DNA of 64,000 nucleotides from an uncultured delta proteobacterium (GTDB lineage Bacteria > Desulfobacterota > Binatia > Binatales > Binataceae): positions 288,001 through 352,000 of the forward strand of contig CAWEEQ010000004.1 of the NCBI GenBank assembly GCA_963808235.1, in the 5' to 3' direction. How positions within the stretch are numbered: the first letter of the stretch is position 1; every line of letters starts with the position of its first letter. Shown here piece by piece: positions 9,880 through 19,100 of the stretch. Made by a program: the position numbers and the translations under genes. The notes beneath the pieces are model-generated. The model was not told the DNA's origin. It made no database searches and saw only the letters and a list, made by a program, of their open reading frames with translations.

Positions 9880-10683
9880 TTAGTGCGCGTCCTCGTGAGA
9901 TGGATGTTGCCTGACGCCGGGGATAACCAACGGTTCACGGTGGCGATGCCACGCCGCGCGAATCAGGTCGCGGTTCATCCTTCCGATGAACTCGATCGGT
10001 ATTTCCTTGGGGCACACCGCTTCACACTCGCCATGATTCGTGCAACTGCCGAACAGTTCGTCTTTCATCGCAGCCACCATGCTGACGGTTCGCTGGTCGC
10101 GCTGAGGCTGACCCTGGGGAAGTGCGTTGAGGTGCGTGAGCTTTGCGGAGGTGAAGAGCATCGCGGCTGCGTTCGGACAGGCGGCAACGCACGCGCCACA
10201 GCCGATGCAAGCGGCCGCATCGAAGGCAGTATCCGCGTCCTCCTTGGGGACGAGAACCGCGTTGGCATCGGGAGCGCTTCCCGTGGGCGCGCTGATGAAG
10301 CCACCCGCTTGAATAATTCGGTCGAACGCCGACCGGTTAACTATAAGGTCTCGGATCACCGGGAAGGCCTGCGCGCGCCATGGCTCCAGGGTGAGTGCGT
10401 CACCATCTTTGAAGAAGCGCATCGAGAGTTGGCACACTGTCGTGCCTCGATGGCCGCCGTGCGCGACACCATTGATCAGGAACCCGCATGAGCCGCAGAT
10501 CCCCTCACGGCAATCGTGCTCAAAGGCGACCGGCGGCTCTCCGCGGTTGAGGAGATCCTCGTTCAGCGCGTCGAGCATCTCCAGGAACGACATGTCCTTC
10601 GTCACGTCCTTCACCTGGTAGGTGACGAACTTTCCCGCCGTGTCCAGGTTTAGCTGCCGCCAAATCTTCAGTGTTAAGTTCAT
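9880..10683 (-). CDS. sdhB: Succinate dehydrogenase/fumarate reductase iron-sulfur subunit
   Basis: [33 protein letters not shown]. Start [10 protein letters not shown] at 10683. Confidence 0.95.
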   Translation of the reverse strand: MNLTLKIWRQLNLDTAGKFVTYQVKDVTKDMSFLEMLDALNEDLLNRGEPPVAFEHDCREGICGSCGFLINGVAHGGHRGTTVCQLSMRFFKDGDALTLEPWRAQAFPVIRDLIVNRSAFDRIIQAGGFISAPTGSAPDANAVLVPKEDADTAFDAAACIGCGACVAACPNAAAMLFTSAKLTHLNALPQGQPQRDQRTVSMVAAMKDELFGSCTNHGECEAVCPKEIPIEFIGRMNRDLIRAAWHRHREPLVIPGVRQHPSHEDAH

Positions 10684-10685
10684 GG

Positions 10686-12596
10686 CTATTTGTAACTCCG
10701 CTGCGCGAGGTGAACGTACTCGAAGCTGAGCGGTTCCTTGTGTAGAGCGGGCGCCTGACCCGACCCTTTCCACTCCCAAGCCGCGCTGTACGAGAAATTC
10801 CCGTCGTCTCGTTTCGCCTCACCCTCGGGAGTCTGGCTCTCCACACGGAAGTGGCCTCCGCATGATTCTCTTCGGTCCAGGGCGTCGATACACATGAGCT
10901 CGGCGAGTTCGAGAAAGTCGGAAACCCGATTCGCCTTCTCGAGCGACTGGTTCAATTCCTCGCCGCTACCGATCACTCGAAGGTTGCGCCAGAACTCCTC
11001 TCGCAGTTCCGGGATCCTGGCGAGAGCGTTGCGCAAACCGGCTTCCGACCGGGCCATGCCGCAGTCGTCCCACATGATCTTTCCGAGTTCCCTATGAAAT
11101 GAATCGGGACTACGGCTGCCGTTGATGCCGAGAAGTTTCGCGATGCGTTGCTCGACATCATCGCTGGTGGCCGCAAACGCGGGATGGGAAATGTCCACCG
11201 GCTCCAGTTTGGTTGTTGCCAGGTAGTCGGGCACGGTCGCAGGTATAACGAAGTAGCCATCCGCCAGACCTTGCATGAGCGCGCTGGCGCCGAGCCGGTT
11301 GGCGCCGTGATCAGAAAAGTTCGCTTCACCCGCCACAAACAGTCCCGGGATGGTCGACATCAGGTGGTAGTCCACCCACAGCCCGCCCATCGTGTAGTGG
11401 GGCGCGGGATAGATGCGCATCGGCACGGTGTACGCATCCTCTCCGGTGATCCGCTCGTAAATGTCGAACAGGTTGCCGTACTTCCCACGAACCGTTTCCA
11501 GACCAAGGCGCTCGATGGCTTCCGCGAAGTCCAGGTAAACGCCTTGCCCATGCGGCCCGACGCCGCGGCCTTCATCGCAAACGTCCTTGGCGTTTCGCGA
11601 CGCAACGTCGCGTGGCACGAGGTTGCCAAAACTCGGGTAGCGGCGTTCGAGATAATAGTCGCGCTCAGTTTCCGGGATATCCTTCGCAGCGCGGGTTTCT
11701 CCCTTCTTTTTTGGCACCCATACTCGTCCATCGTTGCGCAGCGACTCCGACATCAGCGTCAGCTTCGACTGATGCTCGCTGCTGAGCGGGATACATGTCG
11801 GGTGAATCTGGGTGAAGCACGGATTGGCGAAGAGGGCGCCGCGGCGATGGGCGCGCCAGATGGCCGTGCAGTTGCACGCCTTCGCATTGGTCGACAGGTA
11901 GAAGACGTTGGAGTACCCGCCCGTCGCCAGCACCACCACATCGGCTGCGTGACACTGGATTTTCCCGTCCACCAGGTCCCGCGTGACAATGCCACGTGCG
12001 ATGCCATCGACGATCACCACGTCGAGCAGTTCGCAGCGGGTGTGCATCGTCACGGTGCCGGCCGCGATCTGCTCTTCCAGGGCCTGGTAAGCGCCCAGCA
12101 ACAACTGCTGACCGGTCTGACCGCGCGCGTAAAAAGTTCGTTGGACCTGCACCCCGCCGAACGAGCGCGTATCGAGAAGTCCGCCGTACTCGCGCGCGAA
12201 CGGCACTCCCTGCGCCACGCACTGGTCGATTATGTTGAGGCTGACCTGCGCGAGGCGGTACACGTTCGCCTCCCGTGAGCGAAAGTCGCCGCCCTTAACC
12301 GTGTCGTAAAAGAGGCGGAAGATGCTGTCGCCGTCATTGCGGTAGTTCTTCGCCGCATTGATCCCTCCCTGCGCCGCGATCGAGTGCGCGCGGCGTGGGG
12401 TGTCGTGATAGGAAAAGCATTGGACGTGATAGCCTTGCTGACCCAGAGTGGCGGCGGCCGCGGCGCCGGCCAGACCTGCGCCCACCAAGATTATGGTGTG
12501 CTTGCGGCGGTTGGCGGGGTTCACCAACTTCATGTCGAAGCGGCATTTGTCCCAACTCTGCTCGATCGGTCCGGGCGGAATCCTGGCTTCAAGCAT
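10686..12596 (-). CDS. sdhA: Succinate dehydrogenase/fumarate reductase flavoprotein subunit
   Basis: [16 protein letters not shown] (covalent FAD His), QIHPT, HYTMGG, HGANRLG, ESCGGH. GGAGG precedes ATG 12596. Confidence 0.96.
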   Translation of the reverse strand: MLEARIPPGPIEQSWDKCRFDMKLVNPANRRKHTIILVGAGLAGAAAAATLGQQGYHVQCFSYHDTPRRAHSIAAQGGINAAKNYRNDGDSIFRLFYDTVKGGDFRSREANVYRLAQVSLNIIDQCVAQGVPFAREYGGLLDTRSFGGVQVQRTFYARGQTGQQLLLGAYQALEEQIAAGTVTMHTRCELLDVVIVDGIARGIVTRDLVDGKIQCHAADVVVLATGGYSNVFYLSTNAKACNCTAIWRAHRRGALFANPCFTQIHPTCIPLSSEHQSKLTLMSESLRNDGRVWVPKKKGETRAAKDIPETERDYYLERRYPSFGNLVPRDVASRNAKDVCDEGRGVGPHGQGVYLDFAEAIERLGLETVRGKYGNLFDIYERITGEDAYTVPMRIYPAPHYTMGGLWVDYHLMSTIPGLFVAGEANFSDHGANRLGASALMQGLADGYFVIPATVPDYLATTKLEPVDISHPAFAATSDDVEQRIAKLLGINGSRSPDSFHRELGKIMWDDCGMARSEAGLRNALARIPELREEFWRNLRVIGSGEELNQSLEKANRVSDFLELAELMCIDALDRRESCGGHFRVESQTPEGEAKRDDGNFSYSAAWEWKGSGQAPALHKEPLSFEYVHLAQRSYK

Positions 12597-12610
12597 GTTC
12601 GCCTCCATCA

Positions 12611-13375
12611 TCAATGCACCATGCCTGTCATCACCGCGACCGGAACCGACACGAAACCCGCAAACACGACGATGGCGAGGACCCGCGATACGGCCTTGAG
12701 CGTCGCGGTATTCCGGGCGGTGCTCCAGCCGAGCGTTTGCAGGATGCTCCAGATCCCGTGGTCGAGATGCAGGCACAGCGCGCCCATCGCGATGATGTAA
12801 AAGACTGCGATCGGCCATACGGAGAACCCGGCGACCACGTTCTGGTACACGTGCAAGTCTTTGAACTGTCCCGGCCTGAACCCGACCGCACCCAGCGTGA
12901 AATGCGCGATGTGGAAGACGATGAAGATCGCGAGCAGCATCCCGCCCCAGCGCATCGTGAGCGCGGCGAATGAGGTCTCGACATCCTTTTTGGTTTCGTA
13001 GCCAACGGGCCTCGCCTTCCAATTCATGCGCGTCAGTTGGTAGGCGGCTGTGATGTGAAGCGTCACGCAGGCCAGGAGGACAATGCGCACTAACCAGAGC
13101 GCGTCACCGTAGCCAAGTTCCGGCTCGCCCACCGTGCGCAAAAATCGCGAGTAGGCGTTAATCTGGTCGGGTCCGATGAAAATCTTCAGATTTCCGAGCA
13201 TGTGAGCGATCACGAAGCCGACAAGAACGATGCCGGTGACTGCCATGAAGACTTTCTTGCCGATCGCCGAATCCCAGAACAGCGCTAGCCTGTTAGGGGT
13301 TAGCCCGATCGGATGCTGCGCTGCTTGCCCCACGGCCTGAGCAACGGACTTACGTTCCGCAACAGACACTGCCAT
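12611..13375 (-). CDS. sdhC: Succinate dehydrogenase cytochrome b subunit
   Basis: [19 protein letters not shown], five TM helices with heme-ligand histidines (LHI, FHIAH, LHLDHG). Confidence 0.93.
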   Translation of the reverse strand: MAVSVAERKSVAQAVGQAAQHPIGLTPNRLALFWDSAIGKKVFMAVTGIVLVGFVIAHMLGNLKIFIGPDQINAYSRFLRTVGEPELGYGDALWLVRIVLLACVTLHITAAYQLTRMNWKARPVGYETKKDVETSFAALTMRWGGMLLAIFIVFHIAHFTLGAVGFRPGQFKDLHVYQNVVAGFSVWPIAVFYIIAMGALCLHLDHGIWSILQTLGWSTARNTATLKAVSRVLAIVVFAGFVSVPVAVMTGMVH

Positions 13376-13775
13376 GTGATCGCTCCTCTACAACGCTGTG
13401 AATATGGGTGGCGCAGCGTTATCTAATTCCCGGCCACGTAAAGATGAACCATCTTTGCCGAATCGACAACGCGATCGCACTGCTCTTCCGTCACGGAGGC
13501 GAGCTTCAACGCCGCGGCCTCAGCGTCAGATCATCATCTATCGCGTAGTGCGCAATTTTCGAAGTTTTGACATAGCTGCGTGCGAGTTTGAGGATGGCAT
13601 CCGCACTCGCCCGCGGAGCTCTCGACCGCAGCTCGCGCCATCACTGGTAGACGGCTTGATTCCCGGCGCAGGACGCGGTCTCTCTCTACTCCCGTTCAGA
13701 ATGCGTGAAAAACGGCTGCGCAGGGTGGCGACCCGCTCGAGCGTACAGCCTCGGTGGTCGTAATCAGCGGGAAGA

Positions 13776-16133
13776 CTAATTGACGGACGCAAGCACTCTG
13801 AGATGCTCCGCTACTGCGCGGCCCTGCTGATCGATTGCGCGAACCAGGAATGATCCGGGGCGCGCTTTCCACATGAACGATTCGCCGGAGCGTGAGGTTC
13901 CTACAAGTTGATCGTCGACGAACCAATATACGACCCGGCTGTCAGCGTCGATGACGGCGGCGAAAGGAATCTCAGTGCCACCATCCGGCGCAGTAGAATA
14001 CATGATGCCGCGGCTTGGTGACGAGATCAGCGGGGGAGTGCCGTTACCGGCGAACCTGCGGCAAGCAGGATCAAGCGGCGGCGGCATTTTCCTCTCGAGT
14101 CCCGCCGAACGGAACAGCTTCAGAAGGTCTGAAGGCCAGAACTCAAAAGTGCGTGTAGTGGTAGTGACTGCGCTGGCGTTGCCCGGGCAAGCGCGAAGGC
14201 CGGAGTGGTTGTCGACCTGGACAGCGCGATGGATCGAACAGGTCGCGATTGGCGACTTGCCGGGAATGAAAAGCGTTTCCTTGAAATGATTGCAGTACGG
14301 ACCGGGAAGTTGACCGGAAAGCGCACACACCTTTATTCGCTTCAAATTGAGATGCTGGCGGACGATTGCTTCGCGCAGCGATCCTCGCGCCCGGAGTGCG
14401 TCGGCGATATGGAAAAACAACGGTCCCGCGGCTTCGCGCCCGATGAAGTTCGCGTTCGGCGTGCCGTCGAAATTCCCGATCCACACTCCGAGCACGTACG
14501 GGCCAACGATGCCCATCGCCCACGCGTCGCGCAGACCGAACGAAGTGCCGGTTTTCCATGGGATAGCGGATGTGTTCGGTACCTGCGATGTAGTGAAGTC
14601 ATCGGCGGGCCGCGGATTCTCGCGCAGCATCTCGAGCACCGAGAAGCTCGCCTCCGGACTCAGCAGCGTCAGCGAATTTCCGGTCGCCGCCGACTGAGAA
14701 GTCATGAAGACCAGCGGCCGCAACTGACCGCCGCTCGCGAGCATCGCGTAAAGGCCGGCCAGTTCCTCCATGCTCACTTCGGCGCCGCCCAGCGCGAGCG
14801 CCAGGCCGTAGAAGTTCTCGTCGCGAAGGTTCTTGATGCCCGCCTTCTTCAGAAAACCGTTTAGTCCCGGCGGCCGAAGCATGTTCGCGACCTCGATCGC
14901 AGGCACGTTGCGGCTGCGGACCAACGCACTGGTGGCATCGATTGGCCCCAGGAAATCGTGGTCGTAGTTTTCCGGATTGTACGCCGCGATCCGTAGCGCG
15001 GTGTCCTTGAGCATCGTGCGCGGATGGATCAATCCCTGGTCGATTGCGAGCGCGTAAATGAAAGGTTTGAGCGCAGAGCCCGGCGAGCGGCGGCCGAGCA
15101 ACCCGTTTACCTGCCCGTCGATCTGATTCTCGAAGTAGTTGGCCGAGCCGACGTAGCCTTTCACCTGCATTGTTCGATAGTCGACCAAAATCACCGCGCC
15201 ATTGCGGATCCCCAAGCGGTGACCGCGTTCGATGAAGGTGTGGAGTTGAAGCTCGAGCAGACTTTGAATCGTGGGATCCAGGGTGGACGTGACGCGTCCG
15301 GAGTCGCTGATGGCGAGTACTCGATCGACCATGTGAGGCGCTCGATGGGGTAGTTCGCTTCGGCTCGCGGCGTGAACGAGCATCGTCACCTCCGGATTGG
15401 GCATCCCGGAAGGATGGCTGCTCGCCCATAGCGCGCCGATTCTCAGCCGAGCCCGGTCGAGAGCCTCATGGCCGGAACGGCGCAACGGGTTTCTGCGACT
15501 CGGACTTTGCGGAATGACGGAGAGCGTCAGAGCTTGCGCGAGCGAGAGTTGTTTCGGCGGCTCGTGAAAATAAACCAGGCTCGCAGCGGCGACGCCTTCG
15601 ATGTTGCCGCCATAGGGCGCGATATTAAGGTAGGCCTCGAGAATCTCGTCCTTGCTATAGAAGCGTTCAAGTTCGATCGCTCGGGCGATTTGCTGAATCT
15701 TTCCGTGCAGAGTTCGCGAGTCGATGCCGAAGCGATCTCGCGCGAGTTGCATCGTGATCGTGGAGCCGCCGATTCTCCGGCCGCCACTTAAGTACGTCGC
15801 GCAGAAGGCACGCAGCAGCGAGACGGGATTCACTCCGCGATGCCATCGGAACCACGCGTCCTCTTGCAGCAGGGTCGCTTCGATCATTGTCGCCGGAATT
15901 TCTTGCAGTGGCACCCATAGCCGATACTTCTCGTCGCTCGAGAGCGTCAGGCGCAACAGGTGTCCGTCGCTATCGTAAACCGCTTGCGAGAAACCGGCTT
16001 TGTTGACCAGCAGAGGTTTGGGCTGCAGGCCAAGCAGTACCCACGCGACGGCGGCAATCGCGATAAGGGAGGTCACGCCCCAACCGAGGAGGACACCTAG
16101 TCTGCGAATCGTGTCTGGTCGGCCGATAGTCAT
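13776..16133 (-). CDS. pbpC: Penicillin-binding protein 1C
   Basis: Transglycosylase QEDAWF...GGSTITMQLAR; transpeptidase SALK, SRN and KTG motifs; C-terminal PBP1C domain; directly follows the A2M gene. Confidence 0.95.
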   Translation of the reverse strand: MTIGRPDTIRRLGVLLGWGVTSLIAIAAVAWVLLGLQPKPLLVNKAGFSQAVYDSDGHLLRLTLSSDEKYRLWVPLQEIPATMIEATLLQEDAWFRWHRGVNPVSLLRAFCATYLSGGRRIGGSTITMQLARDRFGIDSRTLHGKIQQIARAIELERFYSKDEILEAYLNIAPYGGNIEGVAAASLVYFHEPPKQLSLAQALTLSVIPQSPSRRNPLRRSGHEALDRARLRIGALWASSHPSGMPNPEVTMLVHAASRSELPHRAPHMVDRVLAISDSGRVTSTLDPTIQSLLELQLHTFIERGHRLGIRNGAVILVDYRTMQVKGYVGSANYFENQIDGQVNGLLGRRSPGSALKPFIYALAIDQGLIHPRTMLKDTALRIAAYNPENYDHDFLGPIDATSALVRSRNVPAIEVANMLRPPGLNGFLKKAGIKNLRDENFYGLALALGGAEVSMEELAGLYAMLASGGQLRPLVFMTSQSAATGNSLTLLSPEASFSVLEMLRENPRPADDFTTSQVPNTSAIPWKTGTSFGLRDAWAMGIVGPYVLGVWIGNFDGTPNANFIGREAAGPLFFHIADALRARGSLREAIVRQHLNLKRIKVCALSGQLPGPYCNHFKETLFIPGKSPIATCSIHRAVQVDNHSGLRACPGNASAVTTTTRTFEFWPSDLLKLFRSAGLERKMPPPLDPACRRFAGNGTPPLISSPSRGIMYSTAPDGGTEIPFAAVIDADSRVVYWFVDDQLVGTSRSGESFMWKARPGSFLVRAIDQQGRAVAEHLRVLASVN

Positions 16134-19100
16134 GGCGCTGTCGAGGCGGGCGCGTCCCCAATGGTGAATCGACCTCCGAGAGAGCGCGCCTGCACAGTGC
16201 GATCGTACATCCCTTCCGCGTACAGGGGTGGGACGGTGAACGTTCCTCGATTCGTCGGCTTCAGCCGGTAAGAGAAGGTCTGCGCATCGGTTCCGACAGT
16301 GCCGTAAAAGACCACGCGATCCTCGCGGACGTCGACGAAGTCAGGCCTCCAGGTCGTGGCAGCGGTCGGCCCCGAAGCACGGTTGCCGAGACCCTCGGGC
16401 GAAATATCGATTTCGAAGCCTGCGGGTATCATATCGACGATCGCGACGTTGGAGATTGGAGAGTCAATCGCGCGCAAGGACATTTTGACGTCAACCTTGG
16501 ACTCGATTGGGCTTGAGGTCACGGGCTCGCCCTTCTCGTTGTCGAACTCGCGGAAGACTTCGATCCGGTTCTTGATTTCGGTGATGGGCGGCGCCAGATC
16601 GAAGCCCGCTTCGGTCAGTTGATAGAAGAGCGCGAAATCCGTGTCGCCCTCGACGTGGACGCTCGTCGCATCGGCGGGCACTTCGGCGTGTGCGAATTGT
16701 ACATTTTGAGTGTCCAGGGCGCGCGATTTCTGATCGGGCATCTTTGCAGTCAATGTAACCGGGGACTGCGACCGCGTGCCGGCCGTTTGCGCGTACGCAT
16801 CGAGGGCGAGCAGCGCGTAGGCAGACGAAATCGTGTTTTGTCGATTGTCTTTGATCGCATCGGCTATGGCGAGAATCTGATCCGGGCCGATTTTCCTCGC
16901 GCGATCCGGAAAGTACTTCGACGCTATATAAAGGTAGGTTGCGCTGTACACCAGGCTGTCGCAGTAGGCGTCGAATTGTGAGTCCGCCGGCGCCATCGCC
17001 GGGGCGCGTCTGATGATCTCATCAGCCTCGCGATCCATCTTGAGAAGCTGGTAGGTCGAGGCCAGGAAGAGTGCAGTCAAATCAGAGTGCCCGGCATTCG
17101 CGTCGTTCTGATCCATTGCGGCGCGCAAGGCGTTGGCCTGCTCGGACACGACCACACCACTTCGGGCGAGAAGATAGAGGGCGTACGCTTCGGCGCGATA
17201 GGTTTCGATATCGGAGCCCGGCGAGGCAATCGTCGCGCGTAAGGAGTTGAGCGCACTCGCCAGCAGCGGTTGAGGCACTTCGAATCCGTGGTCGCGTGCT
17301 TCGAGGAGGAAATGCGTCGCGTACACGCTGACGAAGGGAACGACCTCGCCGCCCGCCGACCATAAGCCGAATGCGCCATCGGCGTTCTGGCGCGCTTCGA
17401 GTGTCGCGATCGCATGCGCGATGCTCTTCGCGGACTTATCACTGCTAATTCCCAATTCGGGGCGGCTGCCCAGCACGACCGCCGGGAACGCCTGGCTTAC
17501 GAGTTGCTCGGTACATCCATACGGATATTTCTCGAGGTAATGCAGGAGTCCGTACGCGAGTCCCAGCGGGAACGACGAGGCAGACACTTCGATAGTACGC
17601 ATCTCCGGATACATCTTGCGCCGCAGCGGCAAATCCGCCTTGACGCTCCTCAAGAGCGACTTCTTGACGTACCCGGAGGTGATCGTCGTGACGTAGGGCG
17701 AAGCCGGCCTGATGCTCATGTCTAGCGTGTAACTCGCGTGCTTGCCGGCTCCAGATACGCCTATCATCAGTGAGGCGTCGCCTAGCACGGGCTTGGCGCC
17801 GACGCGGACGAGGAAGCGCAGGGTGTGGTCGGTGCCTGATGTGATTGGCGTCTCGATTGATTTGTCGCCGACGACTTCAAGCGCCGGCGTGGTATCGAGC
17901 TTCACCTTAACTTTGGAGTTGTTAGCCGACGAGCCGGTATTGTTGGCGACGAGCGCCGTCACTTCGAATTCATCGCGGGGCGTAGCGAAATAGGGCGCTT
18001 GCGGCTGGATGACGAAGTAGCCTTCCGAGATGACTTTGCTCTCGGCCACACCGATCGCGCCGTCCGACACGGCTATCGCCATCACGCGAACCGTGCCGTT
18101 GAAGTAGTCGGGAATCGGCACGGCGACATGGCCCGGATTGACGCCGGAGTCGATAATGCCGGACCAGAATGCGACCGGCTTCTGACCCTTGCGCTTGAAC
18201 GGGTTGTGGCTGCGAGCCATCAAGCCTTCTTCGTCGCCGCCGGTCGCAGAGTTCTCGTTGAGAAGGTGCAGCTCCGGCAGGACCAGGTCCAGGATTTGTT
18301 CGGTCGTGACCTCGAGTGCCCGTTTGCGAAGCATGTAGGACAACGGATCGGGAGTATGATAGCGCGCGACCTGCAGGATTCCTTCGTCGACTGCGATCAG
18401 AACCAGCCGGGCCGGTCCGTCCGTCTGGTAGCCTATGTTCAAGGTGTCGCCGGGTCGCACGAGCTTAGGCGCAGTGATGGTCACACCTTGGAGATGCCGC
18501 TTGCGGCTCAGCGTAAATGACGCAGAGCCGTAGGACAGCGGACTCGTGTAGATCTCCTTTGAGTCGAGCGAGCGCAAAAAGGTAACAGTTATGTAGCCGT
18601 TGCCCTCGAGCTCTTGCGGGATTTTGATCTTCTGCACCGACTCGGTCGTCGTGGTCTTGAACCACTGCGCGTTATAGATGTGGTCGCGCTCGACGGTGAT
18701 CAACCCCGCGCCGACGTAGGGCGCCTGGATCTCGAGTTCGGCTTCTTCGCCCGGAGCGTACTCGGGCTTGTTGAGCTTGATTTTGAGTTCCGCCTCACGC
18801 TCGAGGCTGCGGGCAACGTTGGCATGGCCGACCACTTCGAACGAAATGCGATTGAGCTCATCGCCGGCGCTATTGCGGATTACCAGCGCGAACGATCCGG
18901 CCTGTGCGGTAGGCAGATTCGTCGCGAGGCCGGTCGTTGGAATCGCGAGCGGTTTCTTCTCCTTCGAGATTTCCTTGCGCACCGATTGATAGGCTAACGT
19001 TCCGTTTTCCTGCTTGGTGAGAACCGACACGTAGCGGAACTCGAGCAACTCAGTGGTCAGCCCGTCAATCGCTACTTTGTCGAGTTTCGGGCCGACCGCT

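Noticed and set aside
12597-13022. Long N-terminal extensions in the ORF track (sdhA, sdhB, ABC permease, MlaA, CHR, DUF1329, TetR 61194)
   Set aside because: They overlap neighbouring genes; better RBS-supported or stop-coupled starts lie downstream.
13376-13775. 400-bp intergenic region as a possible ncRNA or small gene
   Set aside because: No recognisable RNA motif or credible ORF by eye; probably the sdh promoter region. An Rfam scan would be needed to exclude it.
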